A stretch of DNA of 64,000 nt. It comes from Candidatus Bathyarchaeia archaeon. Its GTDB lineage: Archaea > Thermoproteota > Bathyarchaeia > 40CM-2-53-6. The notes under the pieces were generated by a model. That model did no database searches. It had not been told where the DNA came from and was given only the letters and a program-made list of their open reading frames with translations. The position numbers were made by a program, and so were the translations under genes. The stretch is taken from positions 128,001-192,000 of the forward strand of contig JBEKSC010000001.1 of the NCBI GenBank assembly GCA_049517415.1, in the 5' to 3' direction. The first letter of the stretch is position 1; every line of letters starts with the position of its first letter. Positions 57,965-64,000 of this stretch are shown in pieces.

Positions 57965-59416
57965 TCATTTTCGATTAAGGTCCTGCCTGCGACCGCATTT
58001 AAGACAGAATAGGCTTCCACTAGGAAGTCTATGGCCACAGTTGAGACAGAACTGAACTTTATTACGTCGCTTGAGGGTCACAGCACCTACTGAGACGATT
58101 GCAATAATGATGACAGCGCTGGCAGGCAGGATGGTACCAGGATTCAGCGACCACTCGGCATGAATTGTCATAGGAGCATTAACGGTTATCAGAGAGGACC
58201 CGTCAGGTCGTGGGCTTCCGGTGTAGTCACCTCCCCATCCACCAAAAATAGACCGTACACCCAATGCCCCCAGTATGCCTTCAGCTTGGATTGAGGTAGG
58301 CCTCACGCCAATTTTTACGTCGATGCCCGCGTCATACCAACCTGAGCCAAAGGTTGATCCCAGAGTTGAGGTGACTGTCACCAAGTACTGCTTAACGTAG
58401 ACGGCTGAGAGTGACATGTTCTGATCGGCAGCGAATCCGCTCGCTGTATAGGTCCCGTCAGTCCAGCCTTCTAGGTAATATCGTTCGCCACCACTAATTG
58501 GAACGGTCAACTGCGCTTGCGGCGCAACCTCAGAACCTTCTACGTACCATCCGTTGCCCATCGCAGAACCAACTGAGGAAGTTACACTAACGTAGAACCA
58601 TGGCCAGAGGCTCTGCCCTTCAGCCTTAATGGGTAGACCGCTTCCTGCTAACCAATGATTATTCTCACCAGTGACACTTTCAACTCCGTAGGGAAAACCA
58701 CCATTGTAAGTGGCGCTTGTTACACCGTAGCAGCATAATGACGCAGCGGCGGACGCTTGATGCCAAACTCCAGTGCTGTCGCGGTAGGACAGGTTGCGGA
58801 ACTCCACAGGACCGAGTACGTTGTCCGTCCAATACGTCTGCGCCGATTCAGCCACGGCATCTGGCCCGGAGCCTCCTGAGTCGCCTACGCTGAGGTCGAC
58901 CTGTCCGAGTTGTTGATCGTTTGCGAACGCCGACCAAATCGTTCCCGTGCTCGCAAGCGAGAACTTGACCCATGTCCCATTCATTCCAGCGGTCCGACCT
59001 TCGTTTCCCAAGAATCCACCCGTATTTTCTTTAGCTGTCCCTGGAAGGAAGTACTCCCAAAACAAGCTCGGATGTCCGCTGTTATACTGGGGATTCATCA
59101 TGTACCCTGCCTGTATGAATGCATCGTTCGGTAGGTCAACGCCTACCCAGTAGGAGTCGTCAGTGTCAACATGATTGAGTTTCTGATCCAAAATCCTGAC
59201 TTCGACACTCGCCCCAGTTATTGGCTGCCCGAATTTATCTGCGTAACCGCTGTTGCTTTCTCCCCACGCTCCAACTTGAAACCAGTATGTGTTGGACATC
59301 GTCGTTTCCGCCATTCCAGAGTGAGATGGTAGATGAGGCGTTAAGCTAAAGGAACGAACTGTAGGCACTAAGGGTAGAGAGGTAAGAACCAGCAGTAAGA
59401 GTAGTCCCTGTCTCAT
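57965..59416 (-). CDS. secreted membrane-anchored G1/A4 glutamic peptidase-like protein with C-terminal zinc ribbon
   Basis: Signal peptide; YWVGVD....FIQAGY...FWEY and VAE motifs; two V.V.S..G...G.GWY repeats; TM; FCLNCG...FCLKCG. Confidence 0.65.
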   Translation of the reverse strand: MRQGLLLLLVLTSLPLVPTVRSFSLTPHLPSHSGMAETTMSNTYWFQVGAWGESNSGYADKFGQPITGASVEVRILDQKLNHVDTDDSYWVGVDLPNDAFIQAGYMMNPQYNSGHPSLFWEYFLPGTAKENTGGFLGNEGRTAGMNGTWVKFSLASTGTIWSAFANDQQLGQVDLSVGDSGGSGPDAVAESAQTYWTDNVLGPVEFRNLSYRDSTGVWHQASAAASLCCYGVTSATYNGGFPYGVESVTGENNHWLAGSGLPIKAEGQSLWPWFYVSVTSSVGSAMGNGWYVEGSEVAPQAQLTVPISGGERYYLEGWTDGTYTASGFAADQNMSLSAVYVKQYLVTVTSTLGSTFGSGWYDAGIDVKIGVRPTSIQAEGILGALGVRSIFGGWGGDYTGSPRPDGSSLITVNAPMTIHAEWSLNPGTILPASAVIIIAIVSVGAVTLKRRNKVQFCLNCGHRLPSGSLFCLKCGRRQDLNRK

Positions 59417-59427
59417 TCGCCACTACG

Positions 59428-60282
59428 CTACTCTTGAGGAGTGCCACATTTGTTGCAGAACTTCGACCCGGTAGGAAGAGCTTTTCCACAATTTAGGCAA
59501 AATTGTCCATTAGAGGTGCTGCTCTTGGCCCGACTTTTTCTGACTTTAGGTCTAGACCTAACAACGTACAATGCAGCTATAATCACGATGACCACAACGA
59601 CAATTGCCACGATAATCGTGGGGTCTACACCAAAGTTTAACCCTGTGACTGCTTGCGTTATTTGAGTTGAGCTAACCGTTTGCGTTGCCGTCAGCGCCAC
59701 CTGATTCGTAACCATGTTGTAGACCGTAGAAGTTTGTTCTTGATTGAAAGTAGCGACTAGAACAAATGGGGTCGTGACTTTAGGGACGCTTGCGCCTAGT
59801 GTAGTGGATGAAAAGATGAAATAGTACCAGCCGGTTGGTGGGTTTTTCCAATCCAATGAATACGTTGAGATTAAACCATATACCGCAACTTCGGCCGCAT
59901 ACGGTATATTGCCGCATAGTGAATTACTGAACGCATAAAACTGATTCTGGTTCATAATGTAGAAGTCGATTCTGCTGCTTGGCGGTCCAATTGTGCCGGT
60001 AACCTCTATGGTGCCTGGGTCAACGGTTATGTTCCATGGATCATAAGTGCAAACACGTCCTGCGTTACTGGCTAATATGTCAGTCGTGCTAATGAAAGTG
60101 TTTGACGATACAATCGTTTGGGTCGTAGTTCCGACAGTGTTCGTGGAATAGACAGCTGATGTGAAGAGACCAGTCGTTGTCATAACATTTGTTTCGGTCG
60201 TAAATGTCTGACTCGCACTAGATGGAATTGAAGCTATTGCAAACACGATGGATAGAATCAAAAGAAGCGTGCCAAATCGCAA
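59428..60282 (-). CDS. secreted Thr-rich membrane protein with C-terminal zinc ribbon
   Basis: Signal peptide, Thr-rich stalks, IDFYIM...GWYYFIF beta domain, TM, FCLNCG...FCNKCG. Confidence 0.75.
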   Translation of the reverse strand: MRFGTLLLILSIVFAIASIPSSASQTFTTETNVMTTTGLFTSAVYSTNTVGTTTQTIVSSNTFISTTDILASNAGRVCTYDPWNITVDPGTIEVTGTIGPPSSRIDFYIMNQNQFYAFSNSLCGNIPYAAEVAVYGLISTYSLDWKNPPTGWYYFIFSSTTLGASVPKVTTPFVLVATFNQEQTSTVYNMVTNQVALTATQTVSSTQITQAVTGLNFGVDPTIIVAIVVVVIVIIAALYVVRSRPKVRKSRAKSSTSNGQFCLNCGKALPTGSKFCNKCGTPQE

Positions 60283-60602
60283 AAGAATCCGAATACTGGC
60301 TCAACAGATTTCCATTTAACACTTTACATTATAACGTATGCCATCGGACTGGTGATGATGACCTGCTACCTATCGGTGGCTGTAGGTTTCGCAGCGGTTT
60401 TTTATAACGTATGGTCTCTCGCTCAAGACTAATGATTACGTTGCTGATGCTCTTTTCAGTAAATAGTCCCATATTTCAGTTCGGTTGACGATTTCGATCT
60501 ATGTCTTGTGGTTAGTTATTTCACTTTGTGTCGATTTGCACTTGACAGACCGAATGCCGCAGCGTCTGCTTGAAGGTTCTAGCTTTGCACGGAACTAAGG
60601 TA

Positions 60603-61784
60603 CTATTTCTTTTGGCGGTTCTTGGCCTTCTGCTTGGTGGGTTTCCCTGCTTCGAAGTAGGATAATTTTTTTCGCAGTTCAGCGATTTCCTGGTCACGAG
60701 CAGTTAACTGCCTTTCAATTTTCGGCAGTTTGCCCAGTATTCCGTCAACAACTTCGTTCTGTTGGGTGGCGAGGCGTTCTATTTTCGTGAGTTGTTCGTC
60801 CCGCTTTGCGTCTGTGTTTACGCGTTCTTGCTGTAGGCGTTCAATCTCCCTTTCGAGCTTACTTGTTCGACCGTTGCCCTCCCAAGCCTTGCGTAATTGT
60901 TCGTGAACATGGTCCTCATTCTCCCAGAGTTTGTTGTAGCCCTGCTCGGAAAATTGGCTATGACCTATGGTGAACTTGCGAACGTCCCATTCTACGCCTT
61001 GCGTTCCGGCGTATGTGAACCAAGCATCCCGAATTTCGTGGCACCCGACACCCTTCATATCGGTAAGTCCGGCTCGACTTCTCGCGCGTCGCCATTCCGC
61101 CTGTAGATTGTAGTCCTGAACCATATTGCCCCGCGTATTCGTGAAGGGGAGCCTTCCGCCTTTTCGAAGATAGTTTTCGATTAGATTTCGGGGAATTAGC
61201 GAATAGAATTTCCTTTTCGCGTTCTTTCTAGGCGGATGGATGGCCTTGACGTAAGGCTTCTTGGTGGTTAATTGCTCGCTTACGTCCTTAGTAATGTCGG
61301 GGCGAGTATTCCATTTGATGAAGCTAACTTCTCCCATGGGTGCATAGGTGAAGATTGTATAGATTGTTTTGTACGGTTCTGGACAGTGGTTGATGATCTC
61401 CCTTATTTGATCTAACGTGAGTTCCTTGACATCTCCCTCAGATTTCACAGTGATGCGCTCAGAGGGAAGAAAGACTCCGTGATGTTGCAAGAAACTGCGG
61501 AACGATTTGATCTGCATTTTGATTGAGCCAGTTGGAAACTCAAACGCTTGGTCCCGTAGTTCTTGCCATAATCCTCCCAAGTCGCCTTTCATGCTTTTGC
61601 AGTGCGCTAGAAATTCAGTCGGTGTTTCACGACGCTTCTCAAGAAGCCTTTGCAATTGATACGCATAGTAAGTGGCTGTTGCGTTGGAGCCCTTCAGGAG
61701 TTTGCTATACCAGGGTTTGATTAACGGGTCTTGGATAAACGGTTCAATCTTCGCTATTCTAGCGGTCGTATGGTTTGCCTTCAG
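60603..61784 (-). CDS. tyrosine recombinase/integrase with C-terminal coiled coil
   Basis: HEIRDAW (HxxR), FTIGH, GY catalytic Tyr; frame stays open upstream of TTG 61655, encoding DPLIKPWYSKLLKGSNATATYY; proposed CTG start at 61784. Confidence 0.8.
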   Translation of the reverse strand: MKANHTTARIAKIEPFIQDPLIKPWYSKLLKGSNATATYYAYQLQRLLEKRRETPTEFLAHCKSMKGDLGGLWQELRDQAFEFPTGSIKMQIKSFRSFLQHHGVFLPSERITVKSEGDVKELTLDQIREIINHCPEPYKTIYTIFTYAPMGEVSFIKWNTRPDITKDVSEQLTTKKPYVKAIHPPRKNAKRKFYSLIPRNLIENYLRKGGRLPFTNTRGNMVQDYNLQAEWRRARSRAGLTDMKGVGCHEIRDAWFTYAGTQGVEWDVRKFTIGHSQFSEQGYNKLWENEDHVHEQLRKAWEGNGRTSKLEREIERLQQERVNTDAKRDEQLTKIERLATQQNEVVDGILGKLPKIERQLTARDQEIAELRKKLSYFEAGKPTKQKAKNRQKK

Positions 61785-61805
61785 GCCCGAATACTGTGGT
61801 AAAGG

Positions 61806-61813
61806 TATAAAAA
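61806..61813 (-). promoter_or_regulatory. TATA box of the integrase gene
   Basis: TTTTTATA on the minus strand, ending about 22 nt before CTG 61784 (leaderless spacing). Confidence 0.5.
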
Positions 61814-62067
61814 TTCTCGCTATTCTTGAAGGTAAAGAGCTACCCGTTTCATGGTTCGAATACTACCTCATAGTTGAAGATTAGCATTACATATGTGAAA
61901 CTTCTGATTTCTGACTTGAGGAGACCTTCCGCTACCGGTTTCTGATACGTGAAAATGTCTGTTATGTACCGCAACTCATGAACGGTTAAGAATGAGCTAA
62001 TGGAACTCTTTCTGGGGTCCCGATCACTCGGAGTTCATCCGGTCCAGGCCTAGAGGTGTCAGGTTGA

Positions 62068-62544
62068 GTGGGCATTGAGCACGCCATAAGTTTCAGGCTT
62101 AACGGGCAAAATGTAACAGTGAACTGTCCCTCTGCTTACACCTTGCTTGAGGTTCTTCGCGAGCAACTGCACGTGACAGGGCCGAAGGAAGACTGCGCTA
62201 AGGGCGAATGCGGGGCCTGCACAGTACTGATGAACGGCCAACCCGTCTGTTCCTGCCTCGTCCTAGTTTCACAAGCGCAAGGCTCTGAGGTCATTACATC
62301 AGAAGGGCTCGTGAAAGATGGAAAACTGAACCCAGTTCAGCAAGCCTTCCTGGAGGAGGGAGCCGTTCAATGCGGCCATTGTATTCCAGGCATGATCGTT
62401 TCAGCCTCAGCACTCTTAATGCGTAACCAGAAACCTTCCGTGGAAGAAATTCGGACAGCCCTATCAGGCAACCTCTGCAGGTGCACTGGCTACAGTAAGA
62501 TAATCACAGCCGTTCAGAAGGCCGCAAAGAATTGGAGTCATTGA
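62068..62544 (+). CDS. xanthine/CO dehydrogenase family [2Fe-2S] small subunit
   Basis: C..GECGACTV...C, QCGHC.PG, GNLCRCTGY. Confidence 0.93.
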   Translation: MGIEHAISFRLNGQNVTVNCPSAYTLLEVLREQLHVTGPKEDCAKGECGACTVLMNGQPVCSCLVLVSQAQGSEVITSEGLVKDGKLNPVQQAFLEEGAVQCGHCIPGMIVSASALLMRNQKPSVEEIRTALSGNLCRCTGYSKIITAVQKAAKNWSH

Positions 62545-62548
62545 ATCT

Positions 62549-63433
62549 TTGATGCGCTCCGAAATCGATGTAATAACTCCCCGGACCTTGGATGAAGCGC
62601 TAAACATCCTCCATCAAGGTCACGCCGAGCTTAAGATTGTGGCCGGTGGCTCAGATGTAATTGTGCAACTTCGAGACGGCGTCCTGAAAGTCGAGAAACT
62701 TCTGAACATACTGTCTCTGAAGGAACTGAGATTCATACGGGAGCAAGATGGCTTGATTCACGTTGGTTCCCTAGCCACCTATAGCGACATCACGAATTCC
62801 CAGTTAGCGAAAGAGCATGCTTGGGTTCTTGTTGACGCTTCTAGGCAGATTGGTGCGGTCCAACTCCAGAATACGGCAACGTTAGGTGGGAACCTAGGTA
62901 ACGCTTCACCGGCAGGGGACAGCCTCCCCCCATTGTATGCTCTCGAGGCTGTTGTTGTCACGAGGAGTAAAAGCGGTCGACGCGAAACCCCCGTCGAACA
63001 ATTTTTCGTCTCCTATAGAAAGACCGCACTTAGGCCAGACGAATTGATTGAAGAAGTCTACTTCAAGCCAATGAATTCAAAGGATCGCGGCGCCTACATG
63101 AAACTCGGCCTGCGTGAAGCTAATGCGATTTCAATCGTTGACGTGGCGGTTGTACTGCGCGAGAGAAGCAGGGACGGTTCGTTTGCTGAGGCGAGAGTTG
63201 CCCTAGGTGCTGTTGCGCCTGTAATAACGCGAGCTCGCAAGAGCGAGAAAGCGTTAGAGCATACCCCGTTGAAGGAGAAAACGCTGCGGGAAGCTGCCAC
63301 GCTGGCCGCAGATGACGCTGCGCCGATAGATGACATTCGTGGTTCAGCTGAGTACAGGAAGGAGATGGTCGTTTCATCAGTCTACCAGGCCCTTTACGAG
63401 GCCGTGTACGGGAGGAAGAAGAATCACGAGTAA
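62549..63433 (+). CDS. xanthine/CO dehydrogenase family FAD medium subunit
   Basis: AGGSD, ATLGGNLGNASPAGD, DDIRGSAEYR. Confidence 0.93.
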   Translation: MMRSEIDVITPRTLDEALNILHQGHAELKIVAGGSDVIVQLRDGVLKVEKLLNILSLKELRFIREQDGLIHVGSLATYSDITNSQLAKEHAWVLVDASRQIGAVQLQNTATLGGNLGNASPAGDSLPPLYALEAVVVTRSKSGRRETPVEQFFVSYRKTALRPDELIEEVYFKPMNSKDRGAYMKLGLREANAISIVDVAVVLRERSRDGSFAEARVALGAVAPVITRARKSEKALEHTPLKEKTLREAATLAADDAAPIDDIRGSAEYRKEMVVSSVYQALYEAVYGRKKNHE

Positions 63434-63665
63434 TCCTGTCCACATCCGGGTCAGAATCTTTGGCGCTCCTTCGCTCGCGCTGGAGAGCAACGAACTAACA
63501 CTTGAATTAGGCGAAGGCGCGACAATTGAAGATCTGCTCAACTCCATCCCAGTTAAGGACAAAAACTACCTCTACATTGTTCGAGAAGGAGTCAGGCTCA
63601 AACCATCAACCAGACTCAATAACGGCGATGAAATCTTGGTCGTCCCACCGATAGCGGGAGGTTGA
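63426..63665 (+). CDS. MoaD/ThiS/SAMP ubiquitin-like sulfur carrier (probable ACG start)
   Basis: VRIFG...T..DLL...L.NGD....PPIAGG C-terminal GG; GGAGG at 63411 then ACG 63426 overlapping the upstream stop. Confidence 0.8.
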   Translation, partial: TSNPVHIRVRIFGAPSLALESNELTLELGEGATIEDLLNSIPVKDKNYLYIVREGVRLKPSTRLNNGDEILVVPPIAGG

Positions 63666-63670
63666 GTCAG

Positions 63671-64000
63671 ATGACTGAGACCGTTGTACTCGGCAAGGGA
63701 AAAATGAAGTGGGTTGGAAAATCAGTCGTTCGGCGAGACGGTGCGGGCAAAGTTACCGGTGAGACCAAGTTCTTTTCGGACATGTCAGTACCGAAGATGC
63801 TCTATGCTAAGGTTGCGAGAAGCAAATACCCTCATGCTCTGATTAAGAGAATCAGCACGGAGAAGGCTGAAGCGGTACCTGGCGTTGTGGCGGTTCTTAC
63901 CCACAGGGATGTCCTTGGACTCAACGGGTTTGGGATCCTTCTGCCCGACCAACCCGTTCTATGTAACGACAAGGTGAGATACCTAGGAGACGCAATCGCT
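63671..64000 (+). CDS. xanthine dehydrogenase family molybdopterin large subunit (3'-truncated by window)
   Basis: Manually read VGKSVVRRDGAGKVTG...RSKYPHALI...PGVVAVLT..D...KVRYLGDAIA. Confidence 0.9.
   Translation, partial: MTETVVLGKGKMKWVGKSVVRRDGAGKVTGETKFFSDMSVPKMLYAKVARSKYPHALIKRISTEKAEAVPGVVAVLTHRDVLGLNGFGILLPDQPVLCNDKVRYLGDAIA

Larger units (their letters stand above)
52229..61900. mobile_element. integrated element with tyrosine recombinase (boundaries approximate)
   Basis: Integrase at right end; many short orphan genes; element-specific repeated motif; interrupts a coherent catabolic cluster; no long att duplication found. Confidence 0.75.

Noticed and set aside
60314..60340. ATTTAACAC...TACATTAT resembling bacterial dif
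   Set aside because: Two bases short of the 11-6-11 geometry and better explained as the promoter of the 60282 gene
52275..61872. ACTACC(A/T)CATA near both element ends as attL/attR
   Set aside because: Only 10/11 bp; too short to distinguish from chance without an empty-site comparison
61672..61884. 70-aa plus-strand ORF
   Set aside because: Antisense to the extended integrase N-terminus and its promoter
63330..63425. N-terminal extension of the MoaD-like ORF
   Set aside because: Lies inside the FAD-subunit gene and shows no beta-grasp similarity
301..63562. Numerous 60-170 aa antisense or alternate-frame ORFs in the track
   Set aside because: They overlap well-supported genes and show no protein motifs (shadow ORFs)

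Overview
Archaeal chromosomal segment. A TACK-lineage host, most plausibly Bathyarchaeia, is inferred from gene content (EF-1beta, FEN1, Trm112, Trm5, Cdc48 plus a winged-helix gene, AglH-like transferase, CFI-box-CTERM protein) and from frequent TTG starts; this was not verified by any search. 1-32 kb is mostly housekeeping: nucleotide-sugar/N-glycosylation genes, tRNA modification, DNA repair, Cdc48 with twin GTTAC-N5-GTAAC operators, an ETF plus membrane FeS oxidoreductase, and TrxB. From 33 kb to the window end lies what looks like a purine/ureide catabolic supercluster: two divergent YgeW-like carbamoyltransferases, two PLP fold-II enzymes, an SsnA/MtaD-like amidohydrolase, a BMP-type nucleoside ABC transporter, adenine deaminase, an LLM (probably F420) oxidoreductase and a xanthine-dehydrogenase-family operon. 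A ~9.6 kb tyrosine-recombinase element (~52.2-61.9 kb) splits this cluster. In its left half nearly every small gene, including an orphan Cas2/VapD-like gene, is bracketed by a recurring AAACCATAAA site. Two of these sites form a dif-like 11-6-11 inverted pair, suggesting a Xer/pdif-style gene-cassette array. No complete tRNA, rRNA or CRISPR array was seen. All family assignments come from motif recognition by eye.
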